From an uncultured Thermoproteaceae archaeon (lineage in GTDB: Archaea > Thermoproteota > Thermoprotei > Thermoproteales > Thermocladiaceae): a stretch of 64,000 nucleotides of DNA. Shown here piece by piece: positions 49,614-59,724 of this stretch (the first letter of the stretch is position 1; each line of letters begins with the position of its first letter). Below the pieces are notes generated by a model. That model was given only the letters and a program-made list of their open reading frames with translations, was not told where the DNA came from and did no database searches. Where the stretch lies: contig CAZNTG010000006.1 in assembly GCA_964575955.1 (NCBI GenBank), forward strand, positions 352,001-416,000, in the 5' to 3' direction. Made by a program: the position numbers and the translations under genes.

Positions 49614-52475
49614 CTACTTATTCCAAAATCTTCTTGTTTTTACATACTCCCTCTCAGCTTCTACAATAAGCATGAATAGTTCTTCATCAGATTTAGCTTT
49701 AGAAAGTACTTTCCTAATAGCAGTTCCTGCACCAATACCATGTGCTGAAAGTGCATATAGCCCTCTCTTACCATATTGTAGAATTACGTTAGCCCTCTCT
49801 TTCAACTCCTTAAATATCTTCTCTTCTTCACTAGTCAACTTCTGCTTTATCTTAACTTTATTAAGAATTTTCAAAACCTTATCTAAACTCTCATCTCTAT
49901 ATTTCAACATCGTTATAATTCTCATACCACAGACAGGACAGTACAGATCATCAGGAACATACTTCAACTTACCTTGAAAAGTCCAACCACATTTCAGACA
50001 TATTAATGTTATCTCTCTTTCTTCAAGTCTCTTCTTTACAAGTTCAATAATTAGACTTTTTGGAATACTTGTAAATGTAAATTCAAGTCTTGAATATAGT
50101 ACTTCCTCTGAAAGTGCTAGTAGTGAAAGTTCATCTCTTCTATCAATAACAACATCTACATAACCACTCCTGATATCTCTTATAAGTTTTAGTAATGCAT
50201 TATGATCAACCTTATCTACAAGTATCTCTCTAATAGTCTCATCTTCAATAATAGTATTTCTAAACATTTCACATATCTTATATGGATTTACTTCACTAAT
50301 CTTATCTCTAGATACTACTCCAAATCTACGAGCTACATGTACAATCCTATATTTAAACAATTTACTACTCTTAATAGCTTCTATAAGTGTTTTCATAACA
50401 TTATCCTCATCTTCTCTAAATGCTGATAATATTATATCTGGATTAAATGGTTTTGAAAATATTAATATTACTCTATATGGATCTGACCTATATGCAACAC
50501 CTATAAGATACTTCTGATTTAGATACTTTGTAAGGTATAGTCCAAGTGCTTCATTACCTTTACTACCAAGTCCAACATGAATTACGGCAATTCTACTACT
50601 ACACTCGATAACTATCCTATCTCTCCTAGGTATAACAATTTTAGAATCTTTAATCTTCTTTACATAATCTTTAACATATTCTATAAACTGTCTCTCAATT
50701 ATAAGTCTAGGATTATCTACATACTTTCTCAATATATTGTCAATATCTTCAGGATTTTCTAATAATCTAGCTCTTAAATCAACAACTTCTTGAGCAATTT
50801 CATATGGTACTGGTATCTCTTCACCAATCCATGCAGGTATTGCACCATGAATATCAGATACTGGCTCTATATATACTATCTTTTCGCTTGTATTAACATC
50901 TACAAGTCTCCAAACTCTACCACCAAGAACTATGTGAGTTCCAAGTTCTATAGACATTACAAATTCAGCATCAAGTTCACCAATCTTCTTCCTACTTACA
51001 ATATCTATTGCACTATACTTAACTTCATCAGGTATTGTTGAAGCATTTTCAATATAGTATATGTATGATCCTCTTCTAGGTTTAACATAATTATCTTCAA
51101 TCTTTACATAACCTCTCTCTTCTAAAAATCTTAAAACTCTAATAATATCTTCAACTGTTATATTTCTATATGGATGTGCTCTTCTAACAATATTATATAT
51201 ATCTTCAATTGTCACATTCTTATTATCAAGTCTTGATTCTAGTACAATTCCAACTATTTGATGTGAAAGTACATCAAGAGCTTTCTCATGATATTCTACA
51301 TCTTTTTCTAAATATCCTTCAACAGCTTTCTTAGCTATCACAAGACTTTCTAGAGAGTCATCTAGATCTGACGTTATTACTAGTCCTTCAGAAACTTCAC
51401 CAATCTTATGCCTACTCCTACCAACTCTCTGTACTAGTCTTGTAACTTGTCTAGGACTCATATATTGCATTACTAAGTCTATTGTTCCAATATCTATACC
51501 CAGTTCTAGACTTGAAGTTGCAATAACTAGTCTAACTTCACCATTTCTAAGTTTTTTCTCCAAACTTTCTCTCTCTTCTCTACTTAAAGATCCATGATAT
51601 ACTCCTATAGGATTTCTTGTTAATCTCTGTAATCTACTTCCTAGAAGTTCTGCTGTATCTCTAGTATTTGTGAAGAGTAGTACTGATTTTCTATTTTCAA
51701 TCTCTTCAACTATCTTTCTAAGTCTAGCTATAACGTCTGGATGAATTTTCAATTCTTCACTAATTCTATAATCCTCCTCTCTTGGTATTGGTCTATCTAT
51801 TCTTACTCTAAGATCTTTATGTCCTGATATAGATATGATTTTACATTTTCTAAAACTTCCAGCTATGTATTGAGCTGCTAACTCAACATTACCCACTGTT
51901 GCTGAAAGTCCAATTCTCTGAAAACCACCTGTCAATTCTGTAAGTCTCTCTAAAGTTATTGAGAGTTGAACACCTCTCTTATCATTTATAAGTTCATGAA
52001 CTTCATCAACTATTACAAATCTCACATTTCTTAACCATCTACGCATCTTAGGTGCTACAAGTAGAAATTGTAATGTTTCAGGTGTTGTTACTAATATATG
52101 AGGTGGTTCTTCACTCTGTCTTCTTCTCTCACTTTCAGGAGTATCTCCATGTCTAATACTCATTTTAAAATTAAGTCTTTTACAAATATTACTAATTCTA
52201 ACATATATATCTCTATTCAATGCTCTCATTGGTGTTATATATAGAACTTTAATACCTCTCAAATCTTTATTAAAATCTCTAAACTCTAACAACCTACTCA
52301 AGATTGGAAATATTGCAGCTTCAGTCTTTCCAGTTCCTGTTGGTGCTGTAATAAGAACATTATGACCCCTTAATACTACAGGTATAGCCTCTACCTGTAC
52401 TGGCGTTGGCTCTACATATCCAAACTCTTTGATAACTCTTCTCAAGTCTGGATGTAGAAGTTCAAATACATTCAT
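49614..52475 (-). CDS. lhr: Lhr-family SF2 helicase with C-terminal Zn ribbon
   Basis: APTGTGKT, TPMRAL, DEVHEL..KRG, LSATVG, SSLELGIDIG, QRVGRSRH, CLKC/CPVC. Confidence 0.93.
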   Translation of the reverse strand: MNVFELLHPDLRRVIKEFGYVEPTPVQVEAIPVVLRGHNVLITAPTGTGKTEAAIFPILSRLLEFRDFNKDLRGIKVLYITPMRALNRDIYVRISNICKRLNFKMSIRHGDTPESERRRQSEEPPHILVTTPETLQFLLVAPKMRRWLRNVRFVIVDEVHELINDKRGVQLSITLERLTELTGGFQRIGLSATVGNVELAAQYIAGSFRKCKIISISGHKDLRVRIDRPIPREEDYRISEELKIHPDVIARLRKIVEEIENRKSVLLFTNTRDTAELLGSRLQRLTRNPIGVYHGSLSREERESLEKKLRNGEVRLVIATSSLELGIDIGTIDLVMQYMSPRQVTRLVQRVGRSRHKIGEVSEGLVITSDLDDSLESLVIAKKAVEGYLEKDVEYHEKALDVLSHQIVGIVLESRLDNKNVTIEDIYNIVRRAHPYRNITVEDIIRVLRFLEERGYVKIEDNYVKPRRGSYIYYIENASTIPDEVKYSAIDIVSRKKIGELDAEFVMSIELGTHIVLGGRVWRLVDVNTSEKIVYIEPVSDIHGAIPAWIGEEIPVPYEIAQEVVDLRARLLENPEDIDNILRKYVDNPRLIIERQFIEYVKDYVKKIKDSKIVIPRRDRIVIECSSRIAVIHVGLGSKGNEALGLYLTKYLNQKYLIGVAYRSDPYRVILIFSKPFNPDIILSAFREDEDNVMKTLIEAIKSSKLFKYRIVHVARRFGVVSRDKISEVNPYKICEMFRNTIIEDETIREILVDKVDHNALLKLIRDIRSGYVDVVIDRRDELSLLALSEEVLYSRLEFTFTSIPKSLIIELVKKRLEEREITLICLKCGWTFQGKLKYVPDDLYCPVCGMRIITMLKYRDESLDKVLKILNKVKIKQKLTSEEEKIFKELKERANVILQYGKRGLYALSAHGIGAGTAIRKVLSKAKSDEELFMLIVEAEREYVKTRRFWNK

Positions 52476-53317
52476 AATTTTGGCACATGATCACCATATA
52501 TCTTTCTCATATTTTCAACACATATCACATATATAAGTTCTCTATCAAGTTTTTGCAATTTTCTAGCTAATGACCATGGTGGTATTACAGCTCCCGGTCT
52601 TTTTGGATCATCGAGATAATCACTTTCAGGAACGTATAATGGTCTACATCTTAATGCATCTTCAAAATCTTGTCTCTTTCCTACAGGTATTGATGGTACG
52701 AGTTTTCTATTCCATGCTTCTTCTATTATTATTGCTTCAGCATGATGAATAACTACACTATAATCTCTATTACCGATAGTATGTACAATATTTGAAATAT
52801 ATTCTAAAGTTTTCATACCATTTCTATCAAGGTGTAGATGTACTGGTACATCTAGATCTTTAGCATATTGTAAACATATTTTTAAAACTTCTTCATGAAT
52901 TTTTAAATCTCTCTCAGAAACATTCCAGTGAGGTCTACCTACTTCTCCAATGCCGTGAGCTTCACCATTTTTAATATGTTTTTCTATAATTCTTAAGCAT
53001 CTATATACGAAGTCTATAATCTTATCTAAACTCCATCCATCATCTATCATTTTTTGAATTTCTGCAGGATGAATACCTAACATGCATATAGCTTTAACAT
53101 CTTCACTATTAAATATTCTACATGATTTTATAGTAATTTCATAAAGTTTTTCAAAACTTTCAATCTTCATAGGTTCTAAATCTAGACTCCATGTTAATAA
53201 TGATACAATTACTGCAAATTTACCACCTTCCTTTCTAAATCTTCTAGCTACTTCTTGAGGTCCTAATCCTCTTATAGGATTTACATGTAGATGATTGTCT
53301 GATATGAATATGTCCAT
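52472..53317 (-). CDS. TatD-family metal-dependent hydrolase
   Basis: DNHLH, GIHPAE, GIGEVGRPHW, HLH, ESDYLDDPKRPG. Confidence 0.9.
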   Translation of the reverse strand: MDIFISDNHLHVNPIRGLGPQEVARRFRKEGGKFAVIVSLLTWSLDLEPMKIESFEKLYEITIKSCRIFNSEDVKAICMLGIHPAEIQKMIDDGWSLDKIIDFVYRCLRIIEKHIKNGEAHGIGEVGRPHWNVSERDLKIHEEVLKICLQYAKDLDVPVHLHLDRNGMKTLEYISNIVHTIGNRDYSVVIHHAEAIIIEEAWNRKLVPSIPVGKRQDFEDALRCRPLYVPESDYLDDPKRPGAVIPPWSLARKLQKLDRELIYVICVENMRKIYGDHVPKL

Positions 53318-53318
53318 T

Positions 53319-54422
53319 TTAGCTATATATTTTAATTACTCTATAAAAGTTATCTCTTTCAGCAGGTATTTGACCAATATCTCTAATAATTTTAACTATG
53401 TCCTCTCTAGTTAGTATTTTCATTTTAAATCCTGTTGATGGTATAACTTTCTCATTATATAATGTTCCTCCAAAATCATCTGCACCGTATAGTAGTGCTA
53501 TTTGTGCTATCTCTACACCATTTGTTAACCATGATGCCTGTATGTGTGGTATTAAATCTCTAAATACTATCCTAGCTGTTGCAACTATCTTTAGAAGCTC
53601 TATTGGTCCTGTTGGATATTTTAGATCTTTAACATACTTGTCTAGTTGTGTATTTCCAGGTTGGTAATTCCATGCTATGAATGAGTTGAATCCTCTAGTC
53701 TTTTCCTGTAATTTCAATATCTTGTATATATGTTCAGCTCTTTCCCAAATATTTTCAACATGTCCATACATCATCGTTGCAGATGTCTTAATACCTAGAC
53801 TATGTGCAACTTCCATAACTCTAATCCACGTGTTAGAATCAATTTTGGATGGTGATAATACTCTACGTACATTATCTACAAGAATTTCACCACCACCGCC
53901 AGGCATCGAGTCAAGTCCACTATTTTTCAATCTATCTAAAACTTCTCTATAACTCATTCTCTCTCTAACACTTAGATAATGAATTTCAAGTGGACTAAGA
54001 CCATGAATAGCTACATGTGGTAATGAATTTTTAATACTTTTAAACAAATCTTCAATATATTCAATAGTAACATCAGGATTAATACCACCTTGAACAAGAA
54101 CTTGCCTCACAGGACCATATACATAGTCTATATACTTCAAAATCTTAACAACATCATCAAAATTGAGAAGATAACCACTAGACTTATCACGCCAAAAAGC
54201 ACAAAACTTACAACGAATAACACAAACATCAGTATAATTCAAAATAACATTAACAACAAAAGTAGAAACATTACCAACAACACTAAGCCTAACAAAATGA
54301 GCAAACCTACCTAAAACATGAACATCAGTAAAAGTAAGAAAACGATAAACATCACAAACACCCCTAACACCCCTAACAAAAACATCCAACAACCTATCAA
54401 AATCACACTCCCAAACAACCAC
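53319..54422 (-). CDS. mqnC: CofH/MqnC-family radical SAM protein (probable cyclic dehypoxanthine futalosine synthase)
   Basis: NYTDVCVIRCKFCAF, QGGINP, PGGGGEIL, SATMMYGHVE, HIQASW, GADDFGGT. Confidence 0.88.
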   Translation of the reverse strand: MVVWECDFDRLLDVFVRGVRGVCDVYRFLTFTDVHVLGRFAHFVRLSVVGNVSTFVVNVILNYTDVCVIRCKFCAFWRDKSSGYLLNFDDVVKILKYIDYVYGPVRQVLVQGGINPDVTIEYIEDLFKSIKNSLPHVAIHGLSPLEIHYLSVRERMSYREVLDRLKNSGLDSMPGGGGEILVDNVRRVLSPSKIDSNTWIRVMEVAHSLGIKTSATMMYGHVENIWERAEHIYKILKLQEKTRGFNSFIAWNYQPGNTQLDKYVKDLKYPTGPIELLKIVATARIVFRDLIPHIQASWLTNGVEIAQIALLYGADDFGGTLYNEKVIPSTGFKMKILTREDIVKIIRDIGQIPAERDNFYRVIKIYS

Positions 54423-54459
54423 AAAAACAATAAGACAAGCAAAGAAAATAAAAATATAC

Positions 54460-54515
54460 AGATGATGAAGGCTGTCGGGACGACAGAAAAATGACGAACA
54501 CCTGGAGGACTGATT
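54460..54515 (+). ncRNA. C/D-box sRNA
   Basis: C ATGATGA 54462-54468, guide AGGCTGTCGGGACGA, D' CAGA, C' ATGACGA 54491-54497, guide ACACCTGGAGGA, D CTGA 54510-54513. Confidence 0.8.
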
Positions 54516-55584
54516 GAAAGAATAACAAACACTCCACCCCTCAAACGCTAAACACCGTGATTAACAGGAAGTTGAAATACATTAAGACTCACTATCACGA
54601 TGTTGAGAAACGACCGAGAAGTGAATTACCTAAGATACCTAGCCAATTCTGCAACATAGCTAATCTCCAATAATAAGAGAGCAATCGTCAAGGGCATGAA
54701 ATATGCATCTATCCTAGAATGATAAGAAACTTCCTAAAATACTTCGACAAGCAGAGTATCGAAGATATTTACGAAAATCTATAAAGACATAATTCACAGT
54801 AACTTGAAGAGAATAGAATTATAAAAAAGTCAACAGAAAGACTCTGCAAAATGTTCGGAGTTTCCGAATTTTCTAATTGAAAAGGAGATCCATCCAAACG
54901 AGAAGCTCAAGCAAATGTATGAGTGAAGAATCCCTATCGCTACAACAAGCGCTATATGTACAATGACTAGCTCCAGAGTACGTAACATAGTGAATATATC
55001 TGTGTAGAATCACCTCTACGGAAGAAAGTGGAGAGTAGTCTTGCAATTGCTGGAGTAGTAGCATTATTACTAGATCTACAGGACAGACATGTTGTAAACA
55101 GGATGACATCAAAGACGGCAAACCACCATAGGACAACATAGTTCGTAAATTATTAAGGAAACTCTACAATGTGTGCCATGACTACTTGGATGGTTATTTA
55201 CCTCATTTAAAGCAGGACGTTGTCCTAAGTTTTGACGAAGGTTTCGGATATTGGTGACCCTCCACGTATGCGTTGCGTGCCAGGAATATCGTGTATGCAA
55301 ATCTAGATGAGACATGGCATTTGTTAAAACTAATCTGTACATAACACATGCCTGAGCTAATTTTCAGAACATTTAGTCGCAAAACATTGAAGTAGTGTTC
55401 ATAACATAAGACTATGGAGACCTATATGAATCGGAGATAGGTCATGTCCTACTAAACAATAGCGACATTACATGTCATAACGAGGCAGAGGTCTAAATAA
55501 GACTATTTAAGGACGAGTATACAATACTATGCAGACTAGTTTGTATATGCGAATCTTTATTAGGGTATGAGACTTGTGTGAACT

Positions 55585-55915
55585 GTGGTTAGGGCAGCCG
55601 ATATTGAGGCACTGTTTGATAAGTATTTAGAGGAGCATGACCTAGCACGTGCTGATACGCTTCGTCTCGTTCTAATGTACGGCTTAGGCTGTGGTGATAC
55701 TATACTGATACGATATGGCAAGATATCTGTGCTGAATGATGTTTTAGCGGAGCTAAAAGATAGGGATATCGATACATCAAGATTGGGAGATCATCTTGGA
55801 CACTTCGAGGACGTACCTATGACTATTAGAGATACCGTCTCAACCATGTTTAAAGTACGATTTCTCGATATATTACGTGAGCATCTAGTGAAAAATATTG
55901 CAGATCTACCTGTCT
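55585..55915 (+). pseudogene. Truncated hypothetical gene (N-terminal fragment)
   Basis: Protein-like to ...HLVKNIADL, then reads as the antisense of the HNH gene. Confidence 0.45.
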
Positions 55916-56424
55916 TCCATATCTTAAATACCCCACTTACGACTTTACGTCCTTTGTTCTCATCTATACTGTTCACTCTTAGAAACCATGAGAATGCTTG
56001 GTCGAACTTTCCTGTAACAGTCGCATATCCCAGGTGCTTAGCTTTATGGCATAACTCGCATACTGGCCTAATATTGACAAGTACTGCTGTACCATGTTTG
56101 TCCTCTTCATGGATGTAATATCTCCAGTCTTCATCTAAATGTTTTGCATCATTGATGCTGCATATGGAGCATTTGCTTTGGCGAAAACTTGTGAAACCAT
56201 AATTCATATAATGCATCTAGAGCCTCTGCATAACTTTCATACTGATCCTCGGAGATCTCGCCTAGCTTTACAAGAATTTTCGATAGCATTGGGTCAAGTC
56301 TAGCAAGCGATGCAAGAGAGATATTCCATAACGGTGATGGTACAAGCCTAGGACATAGCCTAAATCCGTTGCAAATATTCTCATATGCTTCCATTACTAA
56401 CGAACATGTATTCAACCATTGCAT
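55900..56424 (-). pseudogene. Frameshifted, truncated HNH-type endonuclease
   Basis: Frame A LCPRLVPSPLW...ELW; frame B KCSIC..HLDEDWRY..RPVCELCHKAKHLGYA; shift near 56180-56200. Confidence 0.7.
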
Positions 56425-56700
56425 AAATACGTTTTCTTAGGTAAGAAGCAGTTCTCTCTAGAAAAAACAGGGTGTTTAGACATCCAAGCAAGTATGTGAG
56501 ATCTGGCTAGCATACTAAATGAGTGAAATTACATTATGTGACATAGCTTTACGTGAAGACCACGCATTGTAGACAGAGCTCTATATCTCAGCCAGGCTAG
56601 TGTATTAGGAAATTTGTCTTCACATAACCGTAGTTACGAGCTAGTACTGTCAGGAGAAATTTTAGGTATGTGTACAGTCTCGTGAAGAGCTATATCGATA

Positions 56701-57222
56701 CTAACGTATTCCAAGTGTAGACCGTATCTCGTTGATAGTACTCTCCACACTACGTCTATCTTTAGTACAGAAGGTCAGTTCAATTTGAGGATATCCTTTC
56801 TCAGACCTTTGCTGAAGAGTCTGTACAGTCCTTATTCCTCTGGGTCTAATTACGTGTATGAACGCCCTTGTGAACTCAACTTGTACTCCTCCAAGAAGTA
56901 TTCTCGTTATTTTTCCACAAATTGCATTTATTTCATTCTGTACCTGTTTTAATTTCTTATTAAGATGCTTTCTAAGTCTCTCACCACGTGCAAATACGTT
57001 AGGGTCAGGTTCGTAGAAGTCGACTATAGCGACTTGTACGGTGGATCTTTCGGCTTGGCGGTATACGACAACATCTGGCACAGATATGCCTCTTGATTGA
57101 CCAACTTTGTCTAGAGTGTTAACATCAAAACACCATACACCTGGTACGTTGCTTAGCTGTCTGCAAATTTCTTCCGATAAGTCCTTTTCAAGTCGTCTTC
57201 TTCTCCCTGTATCTCCCACCAT
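56701..57222 (-). CDS. Putative PD-(D/E)xK-like nuclease partner of upstream ATPase
   Basis: LEKDL helix, VPDVVVY, AIVDFYE, KLKQV; starts 3 nt after the ATPase stop. Confidence 0.55.
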   Translation of the reverse strand: MVGDTGRRRRLEKDLSEEICRQLSNVPGVWCFDVNTLDKVGQSRGISVPDVVVYRQAERSTVQVAIVDFYEPDPNVFARGERLRKHLNKKLKQVQNEINAICGKITRILLGGVQVEFTRAFIHVIRPRGIRTVQTLQQRSEKGYPQIELTFCTKDRRSVESTINEIRSTLGIR

Positions 57223-57225
57223 GCG

Positions 57226-58968
57226 TTAAGCTTCTGAGCCTGTTTCTGTTGATTCTTCTCCTAACTTGGACAATAGTTGCAGTAATTTGTAGTGTTCTTG
57301 GATGAGCTTTTCTGCCTCGTATGCGAAGACTATGTCATCGTAAACTCCAGTGTCAGTAATTGGCAATTTTTCAACTATTACTCTTCGTCTGTCATCACGA
57401 TAGGTAAACTCGTACGCTACCATCAATGTAGATGGATCAAATTTTGTCTCAGCGATGGTACTTAATATCTCAGTAATGATATTGCGTTCTTTCTCTGACA
57501 ATTCTGTGAGTGTGAGTAGTGTGTCTTCTATACATGCTTGTACGTTATTGGGAGACTTATCGATACAAAGTCTAAGTAGTCTTAGTCTAAGAAGTTCATT
57601 ATTTAGTTGACATAGCAGGAATTCGCTATGTGTAGCAAATGTCATGAATAGTGGTCCTATAGATGTGATACCGTGTCTAAGCGCTAGTGCATGTCTATAC
57701 GCTATTATCAGCGTTATCACTCTTGCAAACTTACGTATAGCTGCTGGGTGTAGATGAATTTCAGGTTCGTCAATAAATACTAGCGGTGGTGTCCTTTCGA
57801 GTGCTGTTAATAGCAGTAGTGGTCCAATGAGTGCTCTAGAGCCAGAGGGAGCATTAGCAACATCAGTTTCAGCTAAGCCAGGTCTATAGCTCAGCCATGC
57901 ATCCCACATGTATAGATCCTGACCAAGACGTACAACCTGTGGATAGACGTCTGTTAGACCAAGCTCTTGCAAGACTTCTCTCAGTAGTTCGATAAGTACG
58001 CATTCTGGACGTTTAGAGAGCTGAGTATCCCAAGTTTCAGAGTACCGGCATAGTAGCATCATATTGTGGACTGTATGTGCAGCTTTGCCAACACGTGAGT
58101 AGGCATAAAACTCGGATATGTCGTGAGGCCAGAACGTTACTCTCGTGTCTGGAATGAGCACAACATTTCCTGGTCCAGCTCCTAGAATAGGAAATGATAC
58201 TCCAAGTAGCTCTGTAGCCAGCCCTGATATAAGCCTGGCAAACTGTGCAATACAGTTCTCCTCCGTTATCACGTAGTCTTCGGATCCCAAGCACGTCAGG
58301 ATTGGTCTATACTCAAGTAAGTACTTACCCTCTCGAACTTTAACGACATTAACGTTCTTTGTTAAGTAATTCTCCACAAGGCTGTGTGCATTTTCACTAA
58401 GTATATACACATTGCATTCCTTGAGGGAAACACGCTCTTCTTTCTTGCCAAGCTCAATCACAACCTTAGACTCAGCACCCTCATGCTCTACAATGAGCTC
58501 TATCGAACCTCTATCTCGATCTCTTCTAACAATAATGTCTACCAGAGGACTTGACCTTACTAGTGCTTGCACCCATGCTGTGGGATATCTGCACAGCACT
58601 GTGTAGCCAATAGCTAAGAAGAGACTTCCAAAGTTCGCAAATAGTTTATTCAAGAAGTTCAGTGTTAACTCAGTGAGAATCTTGCAAAGATTATCAACTT
58701 CGCCCTCTGCAGCTAACTTGAGAGCATTTATCAGGTCAGTAGCTTTCTGCATAGGCTCACTAGCTATGAAGACATCGACAAGCCCTGGCACTATTGTTGG
58801 TGCTGAAAGAGCGAGAGCATACAGCAGCCTTAGCAGGAAAGATTTACCCGTCGCATTTTTCCCCGTGAATATTGTTATTGATCTCAGCTCAACCTCTGTA
58901 CCATCATCAAATGGTCCAATCCCATCCAGTTTAACCTTGACACTTTTCGCAGTTATAGTGCTTAGCAC
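57226..58968 (-). CDS. ABC-type AAA_21/OLD-like ATPase (defence-associated family)
   Basis: GIGPF, Walker A FTGKNATGKS, signature APSG, Walker B/D-loop FIDEPEIHLHP, H-loop ATHS. Confidence 0.88.
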   Translation of the reverse strand: MLSTITAKSVKVKLDGIGPFDDGTEVELRSITIFTGKNATGKSFLLRLLYALALSAPTIVPGLVDVFIASEPMQKATDLINALKLAAEGEVDNLCKILTELTLNFLNKLFANFGSLFLAIGYTVLCRYPTAWVQALVRSSPLVDIIVRRDRDRGSIELIVEHEGAESKVVIELGKKEERVSLKECNVYILSENAHSLVENYLTKNVNVVKVREGKYLLEYRPILTCLGSEDYVITEENCIAQFARLISGLATELLGVSFPILGAGPGNVVLIPDTRVTFWPHDISEFYAYSRVGKAAHTVHNMMLLCRYSETWDTQLSKRPECVLIELLREVLQELGLTDVYPQVVRLGQDLYMWDAWLSYRPGLAETDVANAPSGSRALIGPLLLLTALERTPPLVFIDEPEIHLHPAAIRKFARVITLIIAYRHALALRHGITSIGPLFMTFATHSEFLLCQLNNELLRLRLLRLCIDKSPNNVQACIEDTLLTLTELSEKERNIITEILSTIAETKFDPSTLMVAYEFTYRDDRRRVIVEKLPITDTGVYDDIVFAYEAEKLIQEHYKLLQLLSKLGEESTETGSEA

Positions 58969-59551
58969 AGTATCCAGATGTAAAATTTACTGTCAATCTT
59001 ATTAGCTTTCTAGAGATGTAAACTCTACGCTACGTTACAGATTCAACATTTCATGCAGACACTACTCATCTTTCTAGATTCATATTACCATAATGTACGA
59101 CCTCGTTGGTCTAGTTCTTGGAGTATCTCTTCAATCTAATCTCTATGCTCGATGTTGTATACGTAGACTTTACGTTAAAGAGCTCTTTTTACGAATAGTG
59201 AGAATTCGTAGAAAACATGACATCAACATTTTACATAAATCGCATTTTCAGAGCTTTCAATAAGACTTCTAAAACAGCGTGACATCACATCTTGAGGACT
59301 CTATGACAAACGCGAGAGAGATCGTAAACACACTAATACCGCTAGCACAATGATAGTCACGCAATCATCACAATTTTGAACTAGAGTATGAAAAGGAGAG
59401 GTCATAAGGATTTGAAGACGTTCTTACATAAAGATGTTAGGGACTCATAACAAAAGTACAGCCTCTATGATTGAAAGAATTTAAAATCGGCCTAAATGTC
59501 GGAAAGTTCTTCATACCTCTTAAATCGAAGGTAAGTACTGTTTAGACTATA

Positions 59552-59644
59552 TTGCTAAGTCTCGTATTAGGTTTAGTGATAGGTTACATAATAGGTACTA
59601 GAAGAGCAAGAAAGAGGAAAACTGTACATACAGTACGATTGTAG
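59552..59644 (+). pseudogene. Orphan membrane-anchor fragment or micro-protein
   Basis: LLSLVLGLVIGYIIGTRRARKRKTVHTVRL*: TM plus basic tail in host-like codon style, no upstream frame. Confidence 0.35.
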
Positions 59645-59724
59645 ATCTCTATATAAAAATTAATAGGTGATAAGTATGATGAGACTAGAATAAAGAATTT
59701 AAATTTCCATTAGGGATCTATACT

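Larger units (their letters stand above)
54511..59480. mobile_element. Putative horizontally acquired, partly decayed island
   Basis: Visibly higher GC and CG content, low coding density, pseudogenes, direct repeat TGATTGAAAGAAT at 54511-54523 and 59468-59480; no integrase seen. Confidence 0.6.

Noticed and set aside
54120-54430. A-depleted coding strand as a DGR variable region
   Set aside because: No template repeat or reverse transcriptase in the window, and the bias is at the N-terminus of a housekeeping enzyme
54090-54544. Asn/Thr-rich ORF 54090-54314 and hydrophobic ORF 54311-54544
   Set aside because: By-products of the local compositional skew; they overlap mqnC and the sRNA
54550-55580. 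Short ORFs 54873-55139 and 55109-55342; possible transposase or integrase remnants
   Set aside because: Looks like decayed coding DNA, but no recognisable motif or terminal inverted repeat
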